From positions 768,001-832,000 of the forward strand of contig OY759599.1 of NCBI GenBank assembly GCA_963662465.1: a stretch of DNA of 64,000 nucleotides, read 5' to 3'. The DNA comes from Desulfatiglandales bacterium. GTDB lineage: Bacteria > Desulfobacterota > DSM-4660 > Desulfatiglandales > Desulfatiglandaceae. Every line of letters begins with the position of its first letter. Within the stretch, counting starts at the first letter, position 1. The translations under genes and the position numbers were made by a program. The notes below the pieces were generated by a model. It saw only the letters and a program-made list of their open reading frames with translations, was not told the DNA's origin and ran no database searches. Shown here one piece after another: positions 27,224-37,700 of the stretch.

Positions 27224-28321
27224 TCAATCACTATCCGCAAGTTCCTTAGCAACCGCTTTGATGGTTTCCTCAATTTCCAGAAATGCATCCACCACATCCG
27301 GGTCGAAATGAGTGCCGCGCCCTTCGCTGATAATGGCCACGGCCTTTTCATGGGTGAACGGGGGTTTATAAACCCGTTTGCAGATGAGGGCGTCATACAC
27401 GTCCGCCACCGCCATGATCCGCCCGGAAAGGGGAATTTCCTCTCCTTTCAACCCTTGTGGATACCCGGAACCGTCCCATTTTTCCTGGTGGGTACGGGCG
27501 ATGTCCCTGGCGTGGGAGAGAAAGGAGGGCCGGATTTCCGCATCAAACAATTCCTCCGCCTTCAGAAGGGCCTGGTATCCCAACTCACAGTGGGTCTTCA
27601 TGGTGGCGAATTCTTCATCGGTGAGCTTGCCCGGCTTGTGCAAAACGGCATCGGGAACACCCACCTTGCCGATGTCGTGCAATGGCGCGGACTTGTAGAG
27701 CAGCTCCACTGTCTTTTTGTCCAGAACCTGCCCATGCTTTGGATGGTCCGCCATTTTTTGGGCCAGAGCCTGCACGTAACGCTGGGTTCGCAGGATATGC
27801 CCGCCGGTTTCATTGTCCCGGGTCTCCGCAAGGGATGCAAGGCTGTGAATGGTGATATCCTGGGTGACCGCCAGGTCCCGGGTACGCTCCGCCACTTTGA
27901 TTTCCAGAATTTCGTTCTGCATCTCCAGTTCACGGCCGGCCAGAACCAGGGAGAGGTGGGTCTTCACCCGGGCCTGCACCTCGGTAATTTCAAAGGGTTT
28001 GGTGATGTAATCGACGGCGCCCATCTGAAACCCCCTGGTCTTGTTTTCGATTTCCGTCAGCGCCGTCAGAAAGATGATGGGGATTTTGGCATAGCGTTCA
28101 TCTGCTTTTAGCGTTTGGCAGACTTCATAGCCGTCCATCTCCGGCATCATGATATCCAGCAGAATCAAATCCGGCGGTTCTTCCGCCACGGTCTCAACGG
28201 CTTCCCGGCCGTCCATGGCCACCGAGACATCATAGAGTTCGCCCAGGGCATCCACCAGAATATCCACATTGGCTTCCGTATCGTCCACCACCAGCACGGT
28301 GCAATCCGACAATTCTTTCAT
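27224..28321 (-). CDS. Response regulator REC + HD-GYP cyclic-di-nucleotide phosphodiesterase (RpfG-like)
   Basis: VVDD/LLDIMMP/KPF receiver; RDNETGGH, LHDIGK, QEKWDGSGYP, ADVYDAL and RVYK. Confidence 0.92.
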   Translation of the reverse strand: MKELSDCTVLVVDDTEANVDILVDALGELYDVSVAMDGREAVETVAEEPPDLILLDIMMPEMDGYEVCQTLKADERYAKIPIIFLTALTEIENKTRGFQMGAVDYITKPFEITEVQARVKTHLSLVLAGRELEMQNEILEIKVAERTRDLAVTQDITIHSLASLAETRDNETGGHILRTQRYVQALAQKMADHPKHGQVLDKKTVELLYKSAPLHDIGKVGVPDAVLHKPGKLTDEEFATMKTHCELGYQALLKAEELFDAEIRPSFLSHARDIARTHQEKWDGSGYPQGLKGEEIPLSGRIMAVADVYDALICKRVYKPPFTHEKAVAIISEGRGTHFDPDVVDAFLEIEETIKAVAKELADSD

Positions 28322-28395
28322 TGAACTTCACCTGTCCTTTCACTTTATTTTTCAAGTCGGCCGTCAGAAGCAAAGCCTCTTAAAAGCCGGAACCA

Positions 28396-29556
28396 TCAGG
28401 CAGAGGCAAAAACCTGAATGGTTTCCTCGCGAAACTCCGTTTTAGAGGAGTTATGAAGGATTTCAAAAAGAAACGGGTTGATTTTGGTACCCGCCTCTAT
28501 CAGCCGTATGCCATTGCTCGTGAAGACATCCGCGGCAATCACCATCCCAACGGTCAGGTCTTTTGGATAAAGTTTTCTGACAGCCATGTGGGCAGGTTCC
28601 GGTTCGCTCTCAACAATCCGGGAAAACATTTCCACCAGTTTGGGGCCGTACTCTTTTTCACCGGTTTTCAGCTCGGCCATTGCCGCGGATGGGGTTTTTC
28701 CGCTGTAGGTCAACTTCTCATACTCCAGAACCAGCTTTAGAATCCGACTTCCAATGTGAATCATGCGCTGTGCCTGATCATCCCCCTGGAACCCGGTTTC
28801 TTTTTGGAGTTCCTGCTGGCGTGCGATGATCTCTGCCACCTCTGTTAACCTTGGGATTTTGCGAATCAGTTCATACCCTATCTGAGGGTGCCGATTGTAG
28901 GTTTCCTTCTCCTCCACCAAAACCTTCTCTCCCCGGAAAATTTTCTCGATGGTTTCAGGCGGTACGATAACACAACCGATCTGGCTCAACATGGCGGCCA
29001 TTCGAATCTGCCAGAAGTCCGTTAGTTTGAAGGCTGCCATCACCTTGCTGACATGGCGTTTCAGCCGGGATGTTCGGCTGAATGCCGTGGGATTGGCAAC
29101 GGAAAGAATTTCCGTGAGAACCTCGATGGCGCCCCCCAGCGTTTTTACCACCAGATCGCGAAGTTCAAGCTCCGCCAGGCGCAGTTTCAGGTGGGTTTTT
29201 ACACGGGCGTTGACTTCCGCAATTTCAAAGGGCTTGGTGATATAATCCACCGCTCCTAACTGGAAACCCTTGGTCTTGTTGCTAATTTCCGTTAGAGCTG
29301 TCAGAAAAATGATGGGGATGTTGGCGTAGCGTTCATTGCCCTTTAATCTTTGGCACACCTCATACCCATCCATTTCGGGCATCATGATGTCCAATAAAAT
29401 CAGGTCCGGTGGTTCTTCCGCCACGGCTTCAAGGGCCGCCACGCCATCCATGGCCACCGACACATCATACAGCTCCCCCAGTGCATCCACCAGGATGTCC
29501 ACATTGGCTTCCGTATCGTCCACCACGAGTACGGTGCAATCCGATAGTTCCTTCAT
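28396..29556 (-). CDS. Response regulator REC + degenerate HD-GYP-like domain
   Basis: Intact REC; the HD dyad appears as SQ (LSQIGC) and GYP is absent. Confidence 0.8.
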   Translation of the reverse strand: MKELSDCTVLVVDDTEANVDILVDALGELYDVSVAMDGVAALEAVAEEPPDLILLDIMMPEMDGYEVCQRLKGNERYANIPIIFLTALTEISNKTKGFQLGAVDYITKPFEIAEVNARVKTHLKLRLAELELRDLVVKTLGGAIEVLTEILSVANPTAFSRTSRLKRHVSKVMAAFKLTDFWQIRMAAMLSQIGCVIVPPETIEKIFRGEKVLVEEKETYNRHPQIGYELIRKIPRLTEVAEIIARQQELQKETGFQGDDQAQRMIHIGSRILKLVLEYEKLTYSGKTPSAAMAELKTGEKEYGPKLVEMFSRIVESEPEPAHMAVRKLYPKDLTVGMVIAADVFTSNGIRLIEAGTKINPFLFEILHNSSKTEFREETIQVFASA

Positions 29557-29565
29557 TAGACTCAC

Positions 29566-32439
29566 CTATCCTTTCAGTTTGTTTTGCAGGTCTTCCAGAA
29601 GGGGTAAAGCCTCCTTGAATTTGTATTTATTGATCAACCGCTCCAGATCGGCCATTTCAATGCTCACGGCCGCCGGCCAGGGAGCCTTCTTCAACTCCGC
29701 CATGGCTTCCTTGCAGGGTTTCGGTTTTCGAGTTTTTAAATGGGGGATCATTTCTTCCAGTGCGGCCAAAAAAATTTTCGGATCAGCTTCTTCCGCACCA
29801 GTTTTGACGATTTCAACCTGTTTCGGTTCATCCCCCAGGATTCCCAGAGCCTCTACAACATCTCTTAGGACACCGCCAAAATTGGAAATCTTCTCTTCAT
29901 AGGTTTCCCGCTCTCCCTGTTTGATGGCGGACTCCAAAGCCGCACCGGCGTCCTGAAGGGGGCCCGCCCCCACGTTACCGGCCACCCCTTTGATGCTGTG
30001 GGCCAGACGTTCCGCCTCATCGGCCTTTTCCGATTGCAACAGGCCCCTTATTTCCTCATCCGTCTTGGCGTAATCGTCGCGAAGTTTCATAAGGATGTTG
30101 CGATAGAGTTTCTCATTACCCCCCACGCGCATAAGCCCTTCTTCCACATTAATTCCCTCAATGGATTGGGGAAGTTGATCCTTGGGTGGTGCAGGAGGGG
30201 CTGATGGGGCAGGTGCTGTTTCGAGGGGTTCTACCCTATCCGATTTGGGTTCAAATCCCCTCACCCCCGGCTGTATCCACTGGCCCAGGCAGGAGAAAAG
30301 CTGTTTTACGTCAATGGGTTTGGCCACATGGTCGTTCATGCCGGCTTCAATTGCTTTTTCCTTGTCACCGGCCATGGCGTTGGCGGTCATGGCGATGATG
30401 GGCATGTCGTCAAAACGCTTATCTTTGCGGATTTCGAGGGAGGCCGTGTATCCATCCATCACCGGCATCTGGATGTCCATGAGCACGGCCTGGTAATTGC
30501 CCGTCTGCACCGCATCCACCGCCTGCCGGCCATCTCCCACTGTGGTGACCTTAAGACCCGCCCCCCCCAGAATCTCCTGGGCCACCTGTTGATTGATCTC
30601 GTTGTCTTCCACCAGGAGCACCTGAGCGCCCTTGATATGATCCACCCCTTCGGGGTCAACACCCGGTCCCCGCCGTTTTTGTCCGGATCCGCTGCCTTTA
30701 CCAAAGGCGGCCATGGCGGCATCCAACAGCATTGAAGGGGCTACCGGTTTGATCAGAAACCCATCCAGACCGATCCGGTCCGCCTGGTTCATGATCTCTT
30801 CACGACCGTAGGCGGTCACCAGAATGATTTTGGGTATCTTGTTGAGGTCAGGATGATTCTTTATTTTTTCGGAAGCCGTTAGCCCATCCATACCCGGCAT
30901 CTGCCAATCCATGAAGATGAGATCAAAGGGATTGTCCGGGTCCGCCTTTTCCACCTCCGCCAGTCCTTTTAGTCCATCCGTGGCCAGGGTCACCTCAAAA
31001 GACATGGAGGTAAGCATATCTTCCAGTATTTCACGGCTGGTATCGTTATCGTCCACCACCAGCACCTTGAGGTTTTTGAGATCGGGGTCAGGCTGTAGTA
31101 TTCTCTCTTTTTGAGCCTCACCAATACCTAAAACCGCCGTAAAGATAAATTCACTGCCCACCCCCGGTTCGCTCTCCACCCAGATCTCGCCGCCCATCAT
31201 CTCCACCAGCCGCTTGCTGATGGTCAACCCCAGGCCGGTTCCACCGTATTTTCGGGTGGTGGAGGCATCCGCCTGACTGAAGGCCTGAAAGAGTTTTCCC
31301 CGCTGTTCTTCGGTAAGCCCGATGCCCGTATCCCGAACCCCGAACCGCACCTTTACATGATCTGAGGGCACCTGATCATCCATCGTCTCCATCACTGCGG
31401 CTGAAATGACAATTTCACCGGTTTCCGTAAACTTCACGGCATTATTGGATAGATTCACCAGGACCTGGCTCAGGCGCAGGGGGTCTCCCTGAAGGTCATT
31501 GGGCAGTTCCGGATCCACTTTCATCAGCAGCTCCAACCCTTTTTCCTGGGACTTGACACTCACCAGAGTGGACACACTGTCCAGGGTCTTGTCCAGGCTG
31601 AAATCGATGATCTCCATGTCCATCTTACCGGCCTCGATCTTGCTGAAATCGAGGATGTCGTTGATGATGCCGAGAAGCGCCTGAGCACTGGAGTGGATTT
31701 TAACCAGATAATCGACCTGCTTGGGATCCAGATCGGTCTTTAGCGCCAAGTGACTCATGCCCATAATGGCGTTCATGGGGGTACGGATCTCGTGGCTCAT
31801 GTTGGCCAGGAAATCACTCTTGGCCTTGGTGGCTTCCTCGGCTTTCTGCTTTTCCTCATCCAGGTCCTGCATCATGTTGAGCATGGCGCGCCTGGCTTCG
31901 GCCAACTCCTCAAGCTGCTCCTGAAGCGCCTCGGAAGCCTCTTCGGCGGAATCCCTGGCCGCCTCGATCTCCTCGGTGGAATTTTTCAAGGCTTCATTTT
32001 TCTCCTGCATCTCACGCAGCAATTCCCCCCTGGACGCTTTGGACAGATTTTTCCGCACGGTTTCGAGGAAATGCTCCGAAGGGCTGAAGCCTGGATTGGG
32101 CAAATATTTGAAAACAAGAACCTTTGATGGCGAACCTTCCCCGTTTCCCTCATGAATAACATCGAAAAAGGGCGCACCGTGGGATGCAATGGCTGTGTTT
32201 CCACCGTATGAGAATCTTATGGTCAAACCGCTCTGCCCATTACGGTCTTCAAGACCGATGGCAACATCCACATCAAAGGCATTACGAACGTCGTTTCTCA
32301 AAAGCTCGGAAAAAGCCGCCACCAGCCTTGTGGCATCCATGTCATCATATTCCAGTGTTTCGGCCAGCCTGAAGATTTTGCGCCTGGCATCAGAAAACGT
32401 TTCGGCATTTTTTACGGAAATATTACCCAATTCAATCAT
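29566..32439 (-). CDS. Hybrid histidine kinase (RsbT-like input, HisKA, HATPase, REC, REC, Hpt)
   Basis: [28 protein letters not shown], two receivers and Hpt [13 protein letters not shown] 32439 overlaps the rsbX-like stop. Confidence 0.92.
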   Translation of the reverse strand: MIELGNISVKNAETFSDARRKIFRLAETLEYDDMDATRLVAAFSELLRNDVRNAFDVDVAIGLEDRNGQSGLTIRFSYGGNTAIASHGAPFFDVIHEGNGEGSPSKVLVFKYLPNPGFSPSEHFLETVRKNLSKASRGELLREMQEKNEALKNSTEEIEAARDSAEEASEALQEQLEELAEARRAMLNMMQDLDEEKQKAEEATKAKSDFLANMSHEIRTPMNAIMGMSHLALKTDLDPKQVDYLVKIHSSAQALLGIINDILDFSKIEAGKMDMEIIDFSLDKTLDSVSTLVSVKSQEKGLELLMKVDPELPNDLQGDPLRLSQVLVNLSNNAVKFTETGEIVISAAVMETMDDQVPSDHVKVRFGVRDTGIGLTEEQRGKLFQAFSQADASTTRKYGGTGLGLTISKRLVEMMGGEIWVESEPGVGSEFIFTAVLGIGEAQKERILQPDPDLKNLKVLVVDDNDTSREILEDMLTSMSFEVTLATDGLKGLAEVEKADPDNPFDLIFMDWQMPGMDGLTASEKIKNHPDLNKIPKIILVTAYGREEIMNQADRIGLDGFLIKPVAPSMLLDAAMAAFGKGSGSGQKRRGPGVDPEGVDHIKGAQVLLVEDNEINQQVAQEILGGAGLKVTTVGDGRQAVDAVQTGNYQAVLMDIQMPVMDGYTASLEIRKDKRFDDMPIIAMTANAMAGDKEKAIEAGMNDHVAKPIDVKQLFSCLGQWIQPGVRGFEPKSDRVEPLETAPAPSAPPAPPKDQLPQSIEGINVEEGLMRVGGNEKLYRNILMKLRDDYAKTDEEIRGLLQSEKADEAERLAHSIKGVAGNVGAGPLQDAGAALESAIKQGERETYEEKISNFGGVLRDVVEALGILGDEPKQVEIVKTGAEEADPKIFLAALEEMIPHLKTRKPKPCKEAMAELKKAPWPAAVSIEMADLERLINKYKFKEALPLLEDLQNKLKG

Positions 32440-33023
32440 AGCCCATACCTCAATACAATACACGATGCATCATCGCTGTCCTTACCCAACCGGTCCATCA
32501 GATCCGCCGCTATTTTCCGCGCTGAACCCTTCAGAAGGTCCGGGTAGAAAATCGGATCAAAGTGTTCCTTTATCCCGTCGGAGTTCAAAATCAGGATATC
32601 CCCGGAAGACACTTTTGCCCGTTGTTTTTTGGGCGTGGGCATTCTGTACCCGAGAACACCGTCCCGGGAAACAAAGGTGACGGGGGACGGTCCGTAAAGC
32701 CGCGCCGTAATATTTCCCACGCCCACAAATTCCATTTCGCCGTTCACCAGGTTCAAATGGCAGAGGGCGGCAACGGCCCCTCGGGTCCCCTTCAAACAGG
32801 CATGCAATCCGTTCATCAATTCCTCCAGATCGGAAAGATGGCTTTCCTCAAGATAGCGCTCCCCGATTTCCGCCACCTGGTGGGCATTTTTGCCATGGCC
32901 CAGCACATCCATGAGGGCTAAAAAGCATTGGTCATCGGATACCCGGATGACCCCCGCATCGCCGCATTCGTCCTCCGGACCGGTGAGTGAGCGCTTCAAC
33001 AAATGGGTGTCAACCTTAAGCAT
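32436..33023 (-). CDS. rsbX: RsbX-like PP2C/SpoIIE phosphatase
   Basis: ECGD, DVLGHG, GTRGAV, GVGNI, SDGI and DDASC; directly after rsbT. Confidence 0.8.
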   Translation of the reverse strand: MLKVDTHLLKRSLTGPEDECGDAGVIRVSDDQCFLALMDVLGHGKNAHQVAEIGERYLEESHLSDLEELMNGLHACLKGTRGAVAALCHLNLVNGEMEFVGVGNITARLYGPSPVTFVSRDGVLGYRMPTPKKQRAKVSSGDILILNSDGIKEHFDPIFYPDLLKGSARKIAADLMDRLGKDSDDASCIVLRYGL

Positions 33024-33438
33024 TCCGTCTCCATTTTCTGGCAACAATCCGCGTGCCGGCGCCTGGTTTCGATTGAATGTCAAATTCGTCCATAATCCTT
33101 TTTATGCTGGAGAGCCCCAGACCCAGACCGTGGCCCTTGCTGACCCCTTCTTCCATGGCCCCTTGGATGTCCTCGATGCCGGGTCCCTGGTCCTCCACGG
33201 TAAACTCAAAGCCCACACGGTCCTCATCTTTAACAGCCCTGAGCCTGACCCTTCCTTTTTCGGCATACCGAATCACGTTCGTGGAGGCTTCGGACGCGGC
33301 CGTGGCGATCAGGTATTGCTGGTTCTCGTCAAATCCCATTTGGGCGGTGAGGTGCCTGACGGCGTAGACCACCCGGGCATGGTCCGACAACTCAACCAGA
33401 TCGATGATCCTTTCTTCAATAATGCCGTTATTCTCCAA
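33016..33438 (-). CDS. rsbT: RsbT-like Ser/Thr switch kinase
   Basis: ATAASEASTNVIRYA, EDQGPGI, GLGLGL..IKRIMDEF and GTRIVARKW. Confidence 0.88.
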   Translation of the reverse strand: MENNGIIEERIIDLVELSDHARVVYAVRHLTAQMGFDENQQYLIATAASEASTNVIRYAEKGRVRLRAVKDEDRVGFEFTVEDQGPGIEDIQGAMEEGVSKGHGLGLGLSSIKRIMDEFDIQSKPGAGTRIVARKWRRNA

Positions 33439-33465
33439 CTTAAAATATCTCCCGGGTTACCCGAT

Positions 33466-33897
33466 TCACGGGATGACGCCTGATTTCGACTCCACGGGCC
33501 CAAACCGCTTCAGGGCACGATTCCTTAAAAACGCGAACCCGTCATCCATGCTGATGGCCGTCGGAATGTTCCCGAGATCTAGCCCCAGATCCACCGCCGC
33601 GGACGCAACACCCGGCTGAAAGCCCACAAACACAATATCGGCGCCCAGCATGGATACCATTTTTGCGGTATTCGTCAGAACGGTAAAGCTGTAAGCATCA
33701 ACGATCCGAAGAACGGAAACATCAAACAGGACCCCCTTGGCAGCGGTTTCGTTTACTTTTCGAAGGACCGCTTTTTGAAGCCCCACGGCGTAATGATCAT
33801 CCAGTTCCGCATTGACGGGCACCACCAGAAAGCCGCCCACCGTGTGCATGCCCAATGCGGAAAAATTTTCAACATCTTCCATAGTTATCTTCTCCAT
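33466..33897 (-). CDS. rsbS: RsbS-like STAS protein
   Basis: Single STAS domain (ELDD, GVLFDVS, LGA...VGFQPGVA...DLGL) between rsbR and rsbT. Confidence 0.85.
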   Translation of the reverse strand: MEKITMEDVENFSALGMHTVGGFLVVPVNAELDDHYAVGLQKAVLRKVNETAAKGVLFDVSVLRIVDAYSFTVLTNTAKMVSMLGADIVFVGFQPGVASAAVDLGLDLGNIPTAISMDDGFAFLRNRALKRFGPVESKSGVIP

Positions 33898-33925
33898 CTC
33901 GGTATAATTTACAGATAAGCTACCT

Positions 33926-34735
33926 TTATTTCGTTTGGACCACCTCCAGCTTCAATATGGCAAATGCATCGGCCAGGGAATCCTGAAGGTTTGAATTGGT
34001 GGTCACGTCTCCCAGTTCAATGCCCAGTTGAACCAGGGTCTCGGCCACGGCGGGGGATATGCCGGAAACAATGCACCGGCACCCCATGAGCCTCGTGGCT
34101 TTGGCGATTTTAATAAGATGGTTGGCCACCGCCGTGTCAACCGTGGCCACCCCCGCAATATCCAGAATAATGACTTTGGCCAGGGTTTCCGTTATCTTCT
34201 TCAACATGGTGTGCATCATCTGTTGAGCACGCAGGGAATCCACCACCCCCACCACGGGAAGAATGATGACCCGGTCCCACAGCTTTATGACCGGGGTCGA
34301 TATCTCCATGATGGTGCGGCTCTGTTCCTGAAGTTTCCGCTCCTGTTGAACCCGGTTGGTGATATCCAGGATGTATTCCAGCCCGCCGATGATATTCCCC
34401 GCTTTGTCCTTTAAGGCCGCGGCGGTGTATTCAATGGGGATCGACCTCCCACCGATTTTTGCCTCATTGCGAACGGTACACGTTTCAGTGCCTCCCATAA
34501 CTTGTTTCATTCGGCATTCCGGTGTCCGGCAGTGGAGCGAATCGAAAACCTCGTAACAATGACTCCCTTTGATTTCCTCCCAACTTTTTCCGGAGAGCTT
34601 TAAACCCGCATCATTCATGAAAATGAGATTCAGATCGAGATCCACCGCCATAATCGGCGTGGGAAGCTGATCCAGAATCTGGATTGCGAGATCGTTGTTG
34701 ATCTGCACACTGCTGCCGTTAATTTTTTGGTTCAT
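33926..34735 (-). CDS. rsbR: RsbR-like stressosome sensor (PAS + STAS)
   Basis: N-terminal PAS; EISTPVIKLW, GVVDSLRA, LDIAGVATVDTAVANHL and GISPAVA. Confidence 0.88.
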   Translation of the reverse strand: MNQKINGSSVQINNDLAIQILDQLPTPIMAVDLDLNLIFMNDAGLKLSGKSWEEIKGSHCYEVFDSLHCRTPECRMKQVMGGTETCTVRNEAKIGGRSIPIEYTAAALKDKAGNIIGGLEYILDITNRVQQERKLQEQSRTIMEISTPVIKLWDRVIILPVVGVVDSLRAQQMMHTMLKKITETLAKVIILDIAGVATVDTAVANHLIKIAKATRLMGCRCIVSGISPAVAETLVQLGIELGDVTTNSNLQDSLADAFAILKLEVVQTK

Positions 34736-34770
34736 GGATTGCCTCCAGTTTTTGGGTGTTGAATATACGG

Positions 34771-37700
34771 TTATTGAACAATCTCGTATTTTTCTTCCCG
34801 GCCGAGTTTTTCCAGAAGTTGGTTGACTTCTTCCTTCAGACCGATCATTTTTATCTCCCTGCCCACCACCAGTCGGTTGAACTGTTCCAGCTCTTCCAGC
34901 CTCTCCTTCAGTTCCTGTTCGGCCTTCTTCAGTTCCGAGATATCGATAAAGCTTTCCAGAAGATGTGTTTTCCCACTCAGTTTCACCCGCGTCACGGTTT
35001 TGAGTATCGGTATTTCCTGACCCGCGGCGGTAAGAAGAACCCGTTCGGCATTTTCAATTTCCTGCTCACTGTCCAGTACGGGACAGTCATTCACTGCCTT
35101 GGGACAAACAAACTCATGACAAATGTGGCCGATGATTTCCGTGCCGGGCAACCCGATCATTTGGGCCGCCAAGGGATTTACGTCAACGATGGTACGGTTT
35201 TCGGGATCAATGATGATCACACCGGTGTTGATGGCATTTAAAATCGTCTGGACACGCTGTTCGCTCTCTTTAACCGCCTTTTCCGCCTGCTTCTTTTCCG
35301 TTTCGTCTTTTGAAAAAACCGCAATAACCCAGCGATTCTCCAATTGCGTCAAAACAATTGAAAGCATAACATTCAGAATACGCCCGTCTTTTGTTTTGTG
35401 GAGGCCTTCGGTCTCAACGTGGGAATGGGTCTGAAGGACCTCCATCAAGCCGGTAAATTTTTCTTCATTGAATTCCATATCGATCTGGGGCACATGCATG
35501 CTCATGAGCTCCTCCCGGGTGTAACCCAGTGAACTGCACGCCGCTTCATTGGCATAGATAAACATACCGGTCTCGGGATCCACCCAGAAGATCGTGAGAG
35601 CCGCTTTGTCCACCGTGGTCTGAGTGAACCGCAGGCGATCTTCCGATTGTTTGCGGTCGCTAATATCCGTGACCATGGCAAAAGCGCCGATCCTTTCATT
35701 GTTTTCGTCATAGAGCGGCGAAACATTGTAAAGACAATTGACCTGGCTACCGTCGGGCCTGGAAAGGGCGATTTCATAGGCACTGGTAATGCCCTGTTTT
35801 CGAAGCTCAATCTGTTCCAGAAATATTTTCTTGTTCTCTTCGTCCACAAAATCAAAGATGGTTTTGCCGATCACCTCATCTTTCTCCCTCCCCATAATAT
35901 GGCACATGGCGGGGTTCTGATCGACAATTTCCTGACTGGCATTGACCAATTGGAAACCTTCAGCGGCTGTTTCCAGAATCGTTTTGAGCTTTTTCTCACT
36001 TTCTTTCATGGCATCTTCCGCAATTTTGCGGTCAGTAAAGTCGCGCAGGCTTTCGATGGCGCCTACCGGTTTCCCGCTGGTGTCATAAAGAATGGCCGCA
36101 ATACCGGAAAGGTAAGTGCCACCATCGCCCATGTGGGGATGGAAAGATTCCGACACAAGACAATTCCCTTCCTTCTTTACGCTCAGGTATTTTTTCCCCA
36201 GTTCCTCATCCCATTGTTTTACCAAATCCACCAGAATCGGGCGGCGGTCACCATAGAATGGCAAGGCGTATTCATAATCCCCTTTACCCACGATGTTTCC
36301 CTTCTTTACGCCGGTAAGTTTCTCCATGGCGCGATTCCAAAACTGCACTTTGCCCTCAACATCGATTGCAAGAATGGGATCCGGCAGAAAGTCAATGAGA
36401 TCGGCCATGCGTTGTTCAGAATCTTTTATGGCCTCCTCAGCCTTCTTGCGCTCGGTGATGTCTCGCACCGTGCCAACCGCAAACCATTCTTCATCTACCT
36501 GGAAGGATGACAGCGTTACCTCAACCGGGAATTCATCGCCCTTTCGGTTGCGGGCGTTAATCTCGGTGGTGGTTCCCAGGACAGGGCCTTCCCCATTTTC
36601 GGCAAAATGTTTCAGCCCGGCGTAGATTTTCTCATGGTACACTTCGGGCGCGGCCATCTGGTGAAAATCCATCCCCATGGCCTCGGCTTCGGTGTAGCCG
36701 AAAAGCTTCTCCGCCGCGGGATTCCAGAACAGCACTTTCCCCTGTCCATCGATCATCACCAGTGCATCTTCCGCAGCTTGGCTCATGGCCTTGATTTTGC
36801 GCTCGCTTCTGATATGATCCAGTTCCGCCAGTTTCCGGCTTGTAATATCCAGTATTAATCCGTTATAAATGAGATCCCCTTCAGCGTTACGACTGGGAGA
36901 GGCATTGAGGCGGATCCATTTGACAGCGCCTTCTTTGGAAATTATACGGCCCACATGATTCATGTCCGCTTCAGCCAAGAGGTCCGTTTGGACCTCTTTC
37001 TTGACCCTCTCAAAATCCTCCGGATGCCATGGAAGGCGCTCTTTCCCCCTCATCACCTGCTCCACCGGCATTCCGAAAAAGGCTTCGGCCTTTGGACTCA
37101 GGTACAGGTATTCGGGCCTGCCGTCGGCGTCAAACCGGATCTGAATGATGGCCCCTGGTGTGGTTGCGGCAATGGTCTGGAAACGCTCCTCGGCACGCTT
37201 GCGTTGGACCATCTCCCTGGCCATGCGCCGGTTCCAGATGATGATGATGGTCAAAATCAATCCGATAACCATGGCAACGGCAATCCCCATTTTGATCAAG
37301 AAAGCCCAGTCGGTGCGTTGGGCGAAGCGCACGTTAATCCAGCGGTTGGCGATATTTCGCTTCTCTTCTTCAGGTATGGAATTGAGGGCCTTGTCAAGGA
37401 TGGTTGCCAGTTGTGGCCAGTCCTTGCGCACGCCAAAACGCAGGCTTGAACTGTAACCTGTCGAGGCGGCCACCTTGAGATCCGCAAGACCCAATTTGCT
37501 AATGGCATATACAATCGAAGCCGAGTTATCCACATAGGCCGCGGCTTGTCCTTCGGCTACCGCCTTAAGGCCCTGTTCGATATCGTCTACCAATACCAGC
37601 TTCATTTCAGGGAAATCCTGTTCCAGCATCTCCTGCACAAAATACCCTTTGACCACCGCCACTTGGGCGTCTTTCAAACTTTTCATTTCAGCAATGAACG

